Shown here one piece after another: positions 6,891 through 16,901 of a DNA stretch of 64,000 bases (its first letter is position 1; each line of letters opens with the position of its first letter). The translations under genes were made by a program, and so were the position numbers. The notes beneath the pieces were generated by a model. That model had not been told where the DNA came from, made no database searches, and saw nothing but the letters and a program-made list of their open reading frames with translations. The DNA is from Candidatus Cloacimonadales bacterium (GTDB lineage Bacteria; Cloacimonadota; Cloacimonadia; Cloacimonadales; JAFGVF01). The stretch is from the NCBI GenBank assembly GCA_963663475.2, contig CAXXJV010000002.1:320001-384000 (forward strand). The letters run 5' to 3'.

Positions 6891-9770
6891 ATGCAAGATT
6901 TAAAATTAATGATAAGATTTAACTTCGACGGTAAGAACGAATTAGAAAAGATTATCGATGAAGTTGCTAAGAAACATAACCTGGAAGTAAAGAGTAATCT
7001 GGGTCAAGTAAAGGTGGATGTAGATAGTATTGGTAAAGGTTTTACTAATATAACCAATAAAATAACTACTGCTGTTACTAAATTTGGTTTCTTTACTCAA
7101 GGTCTTTCTCAGGCAGGCGGTATATTAAGAATGCTGGCTGATGAAACTGTTAACTTAGGTAGAGAACAAATAAGATCTGATAAATTAGTTGAAGGTGCTG
7201 TTAAAGCTACTGGTGCGGCCGCTGGATTTACTACTGCTGAACTTAAACGCATGGCAAACCAACTTCAAGATGATACTAACTTCGGTGATGAAAAGCTTCT
7301 TGCTAAAGTTACCTCTGTTTTACTCACCTTTAAACAAGTTCAAGGTGATGTATTCCGGGAAGCTCAATCTCTTATCCTGGATATGTCAGAAGCTCTTGAC
7401 CAAGACCTCCAGCAAGCATCAATCCAAGTAGGTAAAGCCTTGCAAGACCCAATTCAAGGAGTTACTGCCCTTCGCCGTGTTGGTGTTCAACTATCTGAAC
7501 AACAAGAACAGCAAATTAAAGACTTCATGGCTGTCAATAAAGTAGCTAAAGCTCAAAAAATTATCCTACAAGAACTAAATTCTCAGTTTGGAGGACAAGC
7601 TAAGAATGTCGCAGACCCTTTTATTCAGCTCAAAAACACTTTTGGAGATATTAAAGAAATTATTGGTATTGCCTTACTTCCTGGTCTTAATGCTATTGCC
7701 TCCTCTACCAAAAATTGGCTTGAATCTCTTAAACCTGCTACTTCTGAACTAGAAAAAGTTACTGATGAATCCCAAAACCAACAAGCTGAATTCTTTAGCT
7801 TAACCTCTGCCTATGAAACACTTCGCTTTAAACAAGGCGAAACCCTTGAATCTAGCACTGCCCTTAAAGATATTATCGATACTCTTAATTCTAAATATGG
7901 TGATTACCTAGGTAATATTGACCTGGCCACTACTAAATACCAAGACTTTAAAACTGCTGTTAGTAATGCGACTCTTGAACTACAAAAAGAGGCAATGACT
8001 AAAGCCTTTCTTGCTAAAAGACAAGATATTACTGATAAAATAACTGATGTGTCTGCTGACCTTGTTAATGATATAATGAAGAAAAGAAAAAAATTAGAGA
8101 TTGCACAAAAACAACTCCAAAAAGCAATGGCAGAACAAAAAGTCGCAGAAACAAACTGGGAAGCAGACCAGGGTAATAATCCACAATTAGAAAGTGATCT
8201 AGAAGATGCAATATGGTGGACTGAACGAAAACAAAAACAATTAGAACAAGAACAAGAAGATTTTGACCAAGCTGTAGAAGATTTAAACAATAAAGCCAAA
8301 GCTAAACTAACCGGCTTAGAATTAGAACTTAGTTTATTCGATGACTCCTCAACTTCTTTATTAAAACAACTTCTCGGTGAAGAAGAAGATGATGATAAGG
8401 GCAAAGGTAAGGGTAAGGGAGGAAATACTGTTATTGCTAACCCAGATGAAATAGATAAACAACTACAAGCCCTTAAAGATAGCTTCAAAACCAAACAGCA
8501 ACTTCTTACTGATAACTACAATGCTCAAACAGAGCTTATCAATAAGAACGTCGCTGATGAAACAGAAAGGACTAACCTCTTAACAGCTTTAGATGAAAAA
8601 TATGCTAATGATTCCAAAGCTCTTAAACACCAGGAATTTCAAGAAGAGCTTGCTATTGCTGAGAATAAGAAACAACTGGGTATTCTTACCTACCAAGAAC
8701 TTAAAACTACTGTAGATGAATACTATAACTGGGTTAAAGCTAATTATGATAAAGATTCTAAAGAATATGTCCAAGCCCTTAATATGAAACATAATGCAGA
8801 CCTTCGTTATGGCCAAGAAACTAAAAAACTTAACGATAAGCTGCTTAAAGATACTAAAGATACCTGGCAAACTGCTCTGAAAATGTTTGACTTAGACTTA
8901 ATACCTTACCAACAGCTTCAAACTGCCTACCAGAACTATAAAAACATGCTTCAATCTACTTCTGAAGATGCTGATCTAACTGAAGACCAAATTAATAAGA
9001 TTACCATAGCTGTTAAAGAACTCGATAACCAAATGGAGAAAATATCTCAAAATCAGAACTGGCTCTCTAAATGGGTTAATAACACTAACGAAGCTTTTGA
9101 TGAAGTTAATGATCAGTCGTGGGGAGTTGCCGGCAATGTTGCCTCCTCCTGGGCTAATACCTTTACTAAAATACAAAAAGAAGGTATGGACTTTAAAAAA
9201 GATATGGAAGCCATCTGGAAAGGCTTAGCATATGCTGTTATAGAAGAGATAAACAGAATGATTGCCCGTTGGCTTGTGCTTATGGCTATTAAAGGGATTG
9301 GTAAGCTTTTTGGATTGGATTCAGTCTTCGGTATAGCAGTGAATAAAGCCGAAGGTGGTTATATCTCAGGACCAGGCGGACCAAAAGACGATGTTATCCC
9401 TGCCTGGCTATCTAACGGAGAGTTTGTAATCAATGCAGAAAAAACAGCCATTTTTAGACCTCTCTTAGAGTATCTTAACTATACTCCTATGGCTTCTCTT
9501 AAAACTAGCTTATCACTCCCTAAAGTTAATATGCCTGCTATTCCTAAAGTAGCTTACTCTTCAGGTGGATATGCTAATCACCCAGGATTTGACCTGTCTC
9601 GAATAGAAGAAAAATTAGATAAACTTGATAAATTAGAAAAAGTAATTAATGAACTGCAAGAACTTAAGAAAAAAGACTACACTGTCCAGGTTTCTACTAA
9701 ATTTAGAGGTGTAGAGTTCGCTAAAGAAGTAAATAAAGCCCAATCACAATACCAAAGGATTATGAGATGA
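6891..9770 (+). CDS. Tail tape measure protein
   Basis: 959 aa helical; DMSEAL..DLQQASIQVGKALQDPIQGVTALRRVGV and AEGGYISGPGGPKDDVIPAWLSNGEFVINA motifs. Confidence 0.93.
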   Translation: MQDLKLMIRFNFDGKNELEKIIDEVAKKHNLEVKSNLGQVKVDVDSIGKGFTNITNKITTAVTKFGFFTQGLSQAGGILRMLADETVNLGREQIRSDKLVEGAVKATGAAAGFTTAELKRMANQLQDDTNFGDEKLLAKVTSVLLTFKQVQGDVFREAQSLILDMSEALDQDLQQASIQVGKALQDPIQGVTALRRVGVQLSEQQEQQIKDFMAVNKVAKAQKIILQELNSQFGGQAKNVADPFIQLKNTFGDIKEIIGIALLPGLNAIASSTKNWLESLKPATSELEKVTDESQNQQAEFFSLTSAYETLRFKQGETLESSTALKDIIDTLNSKYGDYLGNIDLATTKYQDFKTAVSNATLELQKEAMTKAFLAKRQDITDKITDVSADLVNDIMKKRKKLEIAQKQLQKAMAEQKVAETNWEADQGNNPQLESDLEDAIWWTERKQKQLEQEQEDFDQAVEDLNNKAKAKLTGLELELSLFDDSSTSLLKQLLGEEEDDDKGKGKGKGGNTVIANPDEIDKQLQALKDSFKTKQQLLTDNYNAQTELINKNVADETERTNLLTALDEKYANDSKALKHQEFQEELAIAENKKQLGILTYQELKTTVDEYYNWVKANYDKDSKEYVQALNMKHNADLRYGQETKKLNDKLLKDTKDTWQTALKMFDLDLIPYQQLQTAYQNYKNMLQSTSEDADLTEDQINKITIAVKELDNQMEKISQNQNWLSKWVNNTNEAFDEVNDQSWGVAGNVASSWANTFTKIQKEGMDFKKDMEAIWKGLAYAVIEEINRMIARWLVLMAIKGIGKLFGLDSVFGIAVNKAEGGYISGPGGPKDDVIPAWLSNGEFVINAEKTAIFRPLLEYLNYTPMASLKTSLSLPKVNMPAIPKVAYSSGGYANHPGFDLSRIEEKLDKLDKLEKVINELQELKKKDYTVQVSTKFRGVEFAKEVNKAQSQYQRIMR

Positions 9771-10834
9771 GAATAGATTTTATAGATAATAATACCGTCG
9801 TTGCCTCTACTGATAAACTTATTGATATCGACTTATCTTACTACGATAATGTCCTGGTCTCTAAACCTGTTGCCCCTGAAGTAAGATTTACCATAGCTTA
9901 TAACCACCTCGATAACAACGACCCCTTTGTTACCTGGTGGAAAACTATCACTCAAGGCGAAATACCCGAAAATGTCTTTGCTGTTATCTACGACGGAAAT
10001 GGTTATGAAGTCGCTTCTGGAGACCTCTTTGAATACGATGAAGACCTACAAAACTTCGCTCTCGAAATCCTTATTGTGCCAGGGTTTACTCAAATTCTTG
10101 ATGAAGAGAAGAATAAATCTGGAGAAATTGTTAAGCCTATTACTCATGATGCATCTCTTAACTATATAACTGGCTTACTCAGAGAAGTATTTCTTAATAT
10201 GTGGAACAAATTGAATATTCCTTATTCTTGCATTTTAAATGATCCTACTCCAAACGGTGTCATCTGGATGGATTTTATTGATGTTGCTAACATTATTCAC
10301 TACTTTTGCCAATCCAGGCTATTATCTGGTAACGCGTACTTCCTGCGGATTAATTATGTATTAAATGGGACAAAAGCTAATTCTATCAATAGTTTGGGCT
10401 TCAGCAATCTCCTAAAATTATTTTATTCTAGAAAATCAAACTCTTTCTCTTCATGGAATCCTCAGCAAACTAAACAAGTTCAAGGTTTTGTTACTGGTAC
10501 TTCATATAATGAACTTGATACAGATGATTTCTCTCCTTTATATAGACTTCGTGTATATGATTATGGTGGTGATGATGAAATAGGTGATTTAGACTCTCTA
10601 TACAAAGCTAAGATACAACAAAAAGTTAATTCCTTAAAAGTAAGAAAAAATTATCATATCCAAGGAAATGTAGCTTTTACATGGCTTTACCCGGGAGACT
10701 CAATAAGCCTTAATGGACAAACTTATATCATCAAAGAAATTAATTACGATCCTGTATCATTAAATACTATATCTCACATGGGTTCAAATTTAAACCTAAA
10801 ATTCTTCAATGCTGTATGTGTCAAAGGTAGTTAA
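9767..10834 (+). CDS. Putative tail tip/hub protein
   Basis: ATGA overlap with tape measure; C-terminal LYPGDSISLNGQTYIIKEINY resembles tail-tip proteins. Confidence 0.55.
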   Translation: MRIDFIDNNTVVASTDKLIDIDLSYYDNVLVSKPVAPEVRFTIAYNHLDNNDPFVTWWKTITQGEIPENVFAVIYDGNGYEVASGDLFEYDEDLQNFALEILIVPGFTQILDEEKNKSGEIVKPITHDASLNYITGLLREVFLNMWNKLNIPYSCILNDPTPNGVIWMDFIDVANIIHYFCQSRLLSGNAYFLRINYVLNGTKANSINSLGFSNLLKLFYSRKSNSFSSWNPQQTKQVQGFVTGTSYNELDTDDFSPLYRLRVYDYGGDDEIGDLDSLYKAKIQQKVNSLKVRKNYHIQGNVAFTWLYPGDSISLNGQTYIIKEINYDPVSLNTISHMGSNLNLKFFNAVCVKGS

Positions 10835-10977
10835 ACTGCAAAATAATTTCTAAATCTTAGAACTAAACTGCAAAATAATTTCTCATTAAGTGATTTACCA
10901 CTGCAAAATAATTTCTAAATCTTAGAACTAAACTGCAAAATAATTTCTCATTCACTGCAATTTAATTTCAAAGTGCA
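10835..10977 (-). repeat. Five copies of ACTGCAAAATAATTTC plus 8-bp terminus; candidate transposon-type right end
   Basis: Copies start at 10835, 10867, 10900, 10932, 10954 (last has 2 mismatches); bottom strand starts TGCACTTT at 10977. Confidence 0.8.
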
Positions 10978-11085
10978 TAAAAACCAATGATAGATAATAT
11001 TATTATTAGATTATTTTATTGACTACTATATAAAAAATAAAATATTGTCTTAGATAAAGTATAAAATGATTTTCATGGAGGAAAT

Positions 11086-11652
11086 GTGAAAAAAATAATA
11101 TTATTAAGTGTACTGATACTAACTTTATCAGTCGTAATTGCCAATGCAACTAACCTTGCTTACGTAAACGTTGAAAGAATAATGGTTGAAGCAGACGATG
11201 TTCAGGAAGCTAAAAGAATTTTTGATTCTGAAAGCCAAGCTTGGAGAACCGAAATTGAAGCTATGCAACAAGAATTAGAAGGCATGGTTGCCCAATATGA
11301 GAATAAAAAACTAATCCTTAATGAACAAGGTAAGAAAGATGCAGAAGATAAAATTAAAGCTAAAGATCAAGCTTTAAATCGTAAAATGGAAGAGTACTTC
11401 GGCCAAGAAGGTACTGCTGCAGCTAGAAATGCTGAATTGTTAGAACCAATTCTTGATAGAATTAATGAAGTTATTCAATCAATAGCTATTGATGATAACT
11501 ATGACATGGTGCTTGATATTACTGCAGGAAATGTTCTATATGCTAAAGATTATATGGATATTACTGAGAAAGTTATTGCTAGATTAAATAGTGGTCAAGC
11601 AAGTGATAATAATGAAGATACACCTCAAACATCAAATCCAGATAAAAAATAA
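11086..11652 (+). CDS. skp: OmpH/Skp periplasmic chaperone
   Basis: Signal peptide, LAYVNVERI, coiled coil, YDMVLD, DITEKVI; upstream of lpxD. Confidence 0.92.
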   Translation: MKKIILLSVLILTLSVVIANATNLAYVNVERIMVEADDVQEAKRIFDSESQAWRTEIEAMQQELEGMVAQYENKKLILNEQGKKDAEDKIKAKDQALNRKMEEYFGQEGTAAARNAELLEPILDRINEVIQSIAIDDNYDMVLDITAGNVLYAKDYMDITEKVIARLNSGQASDNNEDTPQTSNPDKK

Positions 11653-11662
11653 GAAAGTATAA

Positions 11663-12709
11663 ATGAAGAAATTTAAGAATGAATTAAAAATTGAAGATAT
11701 AATCTCCCAAGCTAAGGGGGATTATGTCTCACGTTTTGAAACACTTCTTACTAGTGTTGCTGAACTAGAAGATGCAGACTCTAGTTCAGTTTGCTTTTAT
11801 GAAAATGAAGCTTATCTAAACAAATTAACCAAGAGCAAAGCAGGATTAATAATCGTAAATAAAGATTTTGATGATTCTCTAAATGAATTTTCTAATCTAT
11901 TAAAAGTTGAAAAACCATATTTTGTCTTTATGGTTCTTGTCAAATTATGGTTAGAAATTGATAAACAAACAAAAGCTACTAAAATCTCAGCTAATGCATC
12001 AATTTCGCCTAGTGCTTTAATTGGTGAGAATGTCTCCCTAGGAGATAATGTTGTAATTGAAGATAATGTTTCCATTGGTAATGATACCACCATTGAAGCT
12101 AATTGTGTAATTAAGGAAGGCACAGTGATTGGTAATAATTGCTATATCTTCCCTAACTGTACAATTTATGATAATATGGTTCTGGAAAATAATGTAATAC
12201 TTCATGCTGGTGTGGTAATTGGTGCCGATGGCTTCGGCTATATTTTATATAATGGACAACAGGAAAAAGTCCCCCAAATAGGAAATGTCATAATTAAAGA
12301 TAATGTGGAAATTGGAGCAAATACCTGCATTGATAGAGGTACAATTGGTTCAACAATTATAAGTAAGAATACCAAGCTTGATAATTTAGTACAGATTGGC
12401 CATAATGTAAAGATTGGCGAAAACACTATCATTTGTTCTCAAGTAGGTATTGCTGGCTCTACTCAGGTAGGAGATTTAGTTTATCTTGCTGGGCAAGTAG
12501 GTGTTGCAGATCATGTTAAGATAGGAAATAAAGTAATGGCTGGAGCTAAATCTGGTATCCATGGAACTCTTAAAGATGATGTAAAAGTTTTGGGTTACCC
12601 AGCTAGGGATGTTGCTCTGCAAAGAAGAATTATGGCTGCAGAAACTAAATTACCAGACATGTTTAAGAACTATTTAAAAAATATTAAAAAAGAAAATAAA
12701 GAGAAATAA
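11663..12709 (+). CDS. lpxD: UDP-3-O-acylglucosamine N-acyltransferase
   Basis: Hexapeptide repeats, [24 protein letters not shown]. Confidence 0.97.
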   Translation: MKKFKNELKIEDIISQAKGDYVSRFETLLTSVAELEDADSSSVCFYENEAYLNKLTKSKAGLIIVNKDFDDSLNEFSNLLKVEKPYFVFMVLVKLWLEIDKQTKATKISANASISPSALIGENVSLGDNVVIEDNVSIGNDTTIEANCVIKEGTVIGNNCYIFPNCTIYDNMVLENNVILHAGVVIGADGFGYILYNGQQEKVPQIGNVIIKDNVEIGANTCIDRGTIGSTIISKNTKLDNLVQIGHNVKIGENTIICSQVGIAGSTQVGDLVYLAGQVGVADHVKIGNKVMAGAKSGIHGTLKDDVKVLGYPARDVALQRRIMAAETKLPDMFKNYLKNIKKENKEK

Positions 12710-12711
12710 TT

Positions 12712-14103
12712 ATGAGTGATTTTAAAAAAACTATAGCAGGAACAATTTCTTATACTGGTATCGGCTTACATTCAGGTATAATTTCAACCATAACTTTCAA
12801 ACCCGCTGGCTCTGATGACGGCATCTGTTTTGTAAGAGTTGATATGCCTGGAAAACCAGTCATACCTGCTGATATTGACCATGTGATAGATATCTCAAGA
12901 GGCACAACTATCGGTATTAAAGATGCTTCTGTCGGAACAATAGAACATGTACTAGCTGCCGTTAAAGGTATGGATATAGATAACTTAATTATAGAAATTG
13001 ATGGTCCTGAAGCACCTGTTGCTGATGGTTCAGCATATCCTTTTATCCAGCTAATTAAGCAAGTTGGTGTAAAACAACAAGAATCTGTTAGAGAATATTT
13101 TGAATTTGATAAACCAATCAATTTCTCAGCTCCTGAAGATAATGTTGATATCGTTATCGTTCCTTCTAATGAGTTGAAAGTTACCTTCTTGATCGATTAT
13201 CACCACCCATATCTTGGTACTCAATATACTTGGCTACCTAATATGTCTTATTTTGAAGAAGAATTCTCTAAAGCTAGGACTTTCTGCTTTATTAATGAAA
13301 TTCTCTACTTAAAAGAAAAGAATCTGATTAAGGGTGGTTCTTTAGAAAATGCAGTTGTTATTGGTGAACCTAATATGACTGAAGCAGAACTAAGTAACTT
13401 AAAAGATACTTTTGATTATCATAAAGATATAGAAGTCACTTCAGAAGGTATCCTTAATACTAGCTCTCTAAGATATAATAATGAATTTGTGAGACATAAA
13501 GTCCTTGATGTTATTGGTGATATAGCTCTATTAGGTATGCCTATCAAAGGTCATATCTTAGCTGCTCGTTCTGGCCATAAAACAAATGTTGAACTTGTGA
13601 AAAAACTTCGTTCTATTCAAAGAAAGAATGAGCTTCAAAAAATGTTCCAAAAGAAAAGAACTGAAGATGTAGTCTTTGATATAAACGCTATTCAAAAGAT
13701 ACTTCCTCATAGATATCCTTTCTTATTTGTTGATAAAATTATTGAGTTTATCCCAGGTAAAATTATTGTAGGTATTAAGAATGTCACTATGAATGAACCA
13801 TTCTTCCAAGGACATTTCCCTGACCATCCTGTAATGCCAGGCGTTATTATTGTTGAAGCTATGGCTCAAACAGGTGGAATTATGTTACTTAATCAGTTAA
13901 ATGATCCTGAAAATTATGTAGCTTATTTTGCTTCTATAGATAATGTAAAGTTTAGGAAACCTGTTCTGCCTGGAGATATCTTAAGATTTGAAATGAAAGT
14001 AATCTCGCTAAAATCAACTATCACAAAGATGCATGGCGATGCGTATGTTGGCTCAACTAAAGTCTGTGAAGGTGATTTCTTAGCTAAATTAATGAAAAAG
14101 TAG
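12712..14103 (+). CDS. lpxC-fabZ: Bifunctional LpxC deacetylase/FabZ dehydratase
   Basis: GIGLHSG, TIEHVLAA, RHKVLDVIGD then LPHRYPFLFVD, FFQGHFP, EAMAQ. Confidence 0.96.
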   Translation: MSDFKKTIAGTISYTGIGLHSGIISTITFKPAGSDDGICFVRVDMPGKPVIPADIDHVIDISRGTTIGIKDASVGTIEHVLAAVKGMDIDNLIIEIDGPEAPVADGSAYPFIQLIKQVGVKQQESVREYFEFDKPINFSAPEDNVDIVIVPSNELKVTFLIDYHHPYLGTQYTWLPNMSYFEEEFSKARTFCFINEILYLKEKNLIKGGSLENAVVIGEPNMTEAELSNLKDTFDYHKDIEVTSEGILNTSSLRYNNEFVRHKVLDVIGDIALLGMPIKGHILAARSGHKTNVELVKKLRSIQRKNELQKMFQKKRTEDVVFDINAIQKILPHRYPFLFVDKIIEFIPGKIIVGIKNVTMNEPFFQGHFPDHPVMPGVIIVEAMAQTGGIMLLNQLNDPENYVAYFASIDNVKFRKPVLPGDILRFEMKVISLKSTITKMHGDAYVGSTKVCEGDFLAKLMKK

Positions 14104-14111
14104 GTGGAAAT

Positions 14112-14906
14112 ATGTCTAAGATACATCCTACAGCAATCATTAAAGAAGGGGCAAAAATAGGGGAGAATAATGTTATCGGACCCTATTGTCTTATTTCTGA
14201 GAACGTAGTAATTGGTGATAATAATATACTTCAATCTCATGTTGTACTTGATGGTCATACCACTATAGGTGATAATAATGAATTTTATCCTTTTGCTTGT
14301 ATTGGAACTAAACCTCAAGATTTAAAGTATAAAGGAGAACCTACTAGGGTAAATATTGGAGATAATAACACTATTAGAGAGTATGTTACCATAAATGCTT
14401 CTAACGGACTTGATGAAGATACTAATGTTGGTAGTCATAATCTAATAATGTCTTATGTCCATGTGGCTCATAATTGTCAAATAGGTTCTCATGTAATAAT
14501 ATCTTCAGCAACTACATTTGCAGGTCATGTGCATGTACTTGATCATGCTATTGTTAGTGGTATGTGTGCTGCTAATCAGTTTGTTAAAATCGGACGATAT
14601 GCTTTTGTTGGTGGTGCATCTCAGATTAAGAAAGATATACCTCCCTTTACACGAGGACAGGGAACTGACTATCATTTAGGTGGTATAAATAGTGTTGGTT
14701 TGCAACGTAGAGGTTTTTCTATGGAAGATATTGCTGAGATTAAGGAAATATTTCGGATCTTTTATAGGTCTGGTCTCAATGTTTCTCAAGCCATTGCAGC
14801 AGGAGAAAAATTGGATAACTTAACAGCTTATCAAAGAGAATTTATTGATTTTGCTAAGGCTTCTGAAAGGGGCATAGTTCTTAATAGCAGAGAATCTTCT
14901 GAATAA
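14112..14906 (+). CDS. lpxA: UDP-GlcNAc O-acyltransferase
   Basis: IHPTAII, PQDLKYKGE, IREYVTI, HVAHNC, NSVGLQRRGF. Confidence 0.97.
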   Translation: MSKIHPTAIIKEGAKIGENNVIGPYCLISENVVIGDNNILQSHVVLDGHTTIGDNNEFYPFACIGTKPQDLKYKGEPTRVNIGDNNTIREYVTINASNGLDEDTNVGSHNLIMSYVHVAHNCQIGSHVIISSATTFAGHVHVLDHAIVSGMCAANQFVKIGRYAFVGGASQIKKDIPPFTRGQGTDYHLGGINSVGLQRRGFSMEDIAEIKEIFRIFYRSGLNVSQAIAAGEKLDNLTAYQREFIDFAKASERGIVLNSRESSE

Positions 14907-14958
14907 ACTAAAAAAATATTGACAAAAATATCAGATGTGATTTTTTTTACTCGTATGT

Positions 14959-15034
14959 GGGGCATTAGCTCAGCTGGGAGAGCGCTACACTGGCAGTGTA
15001 GAGGTCAGCGGTTCGATCCCGCTATGCTCCACCA
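14959..15034 (+). tRNA. tRNA-Ala(GGC)
   Basis: GGGGCAT acceptor with G3:U70, anticodon loop CTGGCAG, GTTCGA T-loop, encoded CCA; TTGACA at 14919-14924. Confidence 0.97.
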
Positions 15035-15105
15035 TACTTGGCTTTTTATAGCTTAGCTTAAAAAAGCTTAGTATGGTGTATTATCTAGCAAGATTTTTTT
15101 TCTTT

Positions 15106-15693
15106 TTATTCCCCCAATAGCTTAACGATGTCTTCTTCCATACTCTCAGGTTTTTTAGTTGAAGCATATCTCTCAACTACTTTTCCCTTCCTATCAACCA
15201 AGAACTTGGTAAAATTCCACTTGATAGAATCCCCTGGGAAACCAGATTGTTGTGATTTTAAATAGACATAAAGTGGGTGAGCATTATCTCCATTAACATC
15301 TATTTTACTAAACATAGGGAAGGTAACTCCATAATTAAGAGTGCAGAATTCTTGTATATCTTCATTAGAAGCTGGTTCTTGATTAGCAAATTGATTAGAA
15401 GGGAAGCCAAGTATTACTAAGCCTTCTTTCTCATATTTTTCATAAAGGGCTTGTAAGCCTTCATACTGAGGAGTGAATCCGCATTTGCTCGCTACATTTA
15501 CGATAACAATAACTTTTCCTTTGTATTCAGACATTGAAATATCCTTGCCATCTATACTAGTAGCAGAATAATCATAGAAAGTTTTGCTATTTAATTCTTC
15601 CTTGATATTATCAATTTCCCTTTTATTATGGTCTTTAGCGAATAAAGCCATAGTAGCAAGTAGCATTATAGTAATAATTATGATATATTTCAT
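15106..15693 (-). CDS. Glutathione peroxidase family (Cys type) with signal peptide
   Basis: [23 protein letters not shown]. Confidence 0.95.
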   Translation of the reverse strand: MKYIIIITIMLLATMALFAKDHNKREIDNIKEELNSKTFYDYSATSIDGKDISMSEYKGKVIVIVNVASKCGFTPQYEGLQALYEKYEKEGLVILGFPSNQFANQEPASNEDIQEFCTLNYGVTFPMFSKIDVNGDNAHPLYVYLKSQQSGFPGDSIKWNFTKFLVDRKGKVVERYASTKKPESMEEDIVKLLGE

Positions 15694-15826
15694 TTTTCTT
15701 TACCTCTTATTATTTTTAAATAGTATAAGCTAAAGATATCTTAATGCTAGAAATATTTTCTTATTGTCTCAGCTAGACTGGACCTTAGATTTTCTATTTC
15801 TTCTACTGCATTCTTATTGGCTTAAT

Positions 15827-16738
15827 CTAGAAAATAGAAACTTCAGTAATGCTAGTAAATTCCTCGAGAAACTTCATCCCAAATGCTGAATTTCCCTTAT
15901 TGTTAAGTCTAGGACTATAGACAGTTATGACATAATTACCAGGATGTACAGCAACAATACCACCACCAACTCCACTTTTACCAGGTAAGCCAATTTTATA
16001 AGAGAAGAGTCCAGCTTGATCATAGAAACCACAAGTTTGCATAATAGCATTAATTCTTTTTGATTGACTCAAGGTAATTACTCTTTCTCCTGAGAGAAGT
16101 TTACCTCTATTAGCAAAAAGAATAAAGGCATTGCAAGCATCTTTGCAGGAAAGTTCAAGAGAGCAGATAGTGAAGTAGAAGTTCATAACATCATCAATAT
16201 TATGTTTAATATTATTATGAGCTTTCATGAAATTAGCAAGGGCATAGTTACGAAAGCCAGTAGCTTTTTCTGATTCTGCTATTTTGTTATTATATTGCAC
16301 TTCTTTATTGTTGGTTAATCTTCTAACAAAACCTAAAAAATTTTCTGCAGGATTTTTTAAATGATCCATTAAGATATCACAGACTACAATTGCACCTGCA
16401 TTAATAAAGGGATTTCTAGGAATGCCATTCTCATATTCAAGTTGGACAACAGAATTAAAGGGATTACCAGAAGGTTCCATATTTACCCTTTGCCATAACT
16501 TATCTTTCTCAAACTCTAGGGCTAAGGTAAGAGTTAGAACTTTTACTATACTTTGTACAGAAAAAATATGTTCATTTTTACCAATATGGTAGTTTTGACC
16601 ATCAACTGTTAATAGATGTACTCCAAACAAGTCTGCATCAACCTTAGCTAACTCAGGAATATAGCTAGCTACTTTACCTTCTCTAGGAATATCTTTAATC
16701 ATTTCATATACTTTATTCAATGCTTCTTGATAGCTCAT
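15827..16738 (-). CDS. glsA: Glutaminase
   Basis: YIPEL, SVQSIVK, NPFINAGAI, PGKSGVGGG; ATG 16738 follows GAGG. Confidence 0.95.
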   Translation of the reverse strand: MSYQEALNKVYEMIKDIPREGKVASYIPELAKVDADLFGVHLLTVDGQNYHIGKNEHIFSVQSIVKVLTLTLALEFEKDKLWQRVNMEPSGNPFNSVVQLEYENGIPRNPFINAGAIVVCDILMDHLKNPAENFLGFVRRLTNNKEVQYNNKIAESEKATGFRNYALANFMKAHNNIKHNIDDVMNFYFTICSLELSCKDACNAFILFANRGKLLSGERVITLSQSKRINAIMQTCGFYDQAGLFSYKIGLPGKSGVGGGIVAVHPGNYVITVYSPRLNNKGNSAFGMKFLEEFTSITEVSIF

Positions 16739-16901
16739 AATCACCTCTTTAATAATTGATTGACATTAAATAATAAACTGAAAGCTTGACAAGATAATTT
16801 TAATATTGGTTAAATCATGCAAAATGGCTTATATTTTGCATATTATTATAGTAATTATAATTTAGAGGAAAAAAGATAAATATAAAAAGGAAGGATGATA
16901 T

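Larger units (their letters stand above)
1..10977 (+). mobile_element. Prophage, right part (virion and lysis module); candidate transposable phage
   Basis: Co-oriented head protease, capsid, holin-like, lysozyme, fibre, chaperone and tape-measure genes; ends in a repeat array plus CA at 10976-10977, followed by housekeeping skp-lpxD. Left end is outside the window; the exact right boundary is inferred. Confidence 0.88.

Noticed and set aside
7904-8494. Long antisense ORF in the tape measure gene (and similar shadow ORFs elsewhere)
   Set aside because: Low-complexity antisense shadows of well-supported genes
10835-10969. CRISPR array
   Set aside because: Repeat is only 16 bp, spacers are 6-17 bp with two identical, and there are no cas genes. 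Replication iterons cannot be excluded, but no rep gene is adjacent.
12712-14103. lpxC-fabZ fusion as a novelty
   Set aside because: Already known in Bacteroidota and related phyla
14959-15034. tRNA-Ala as prophage attachment site
   Set aside because: Separated from the phage by the lpx operon; no duplicated tRNA 3' end seen
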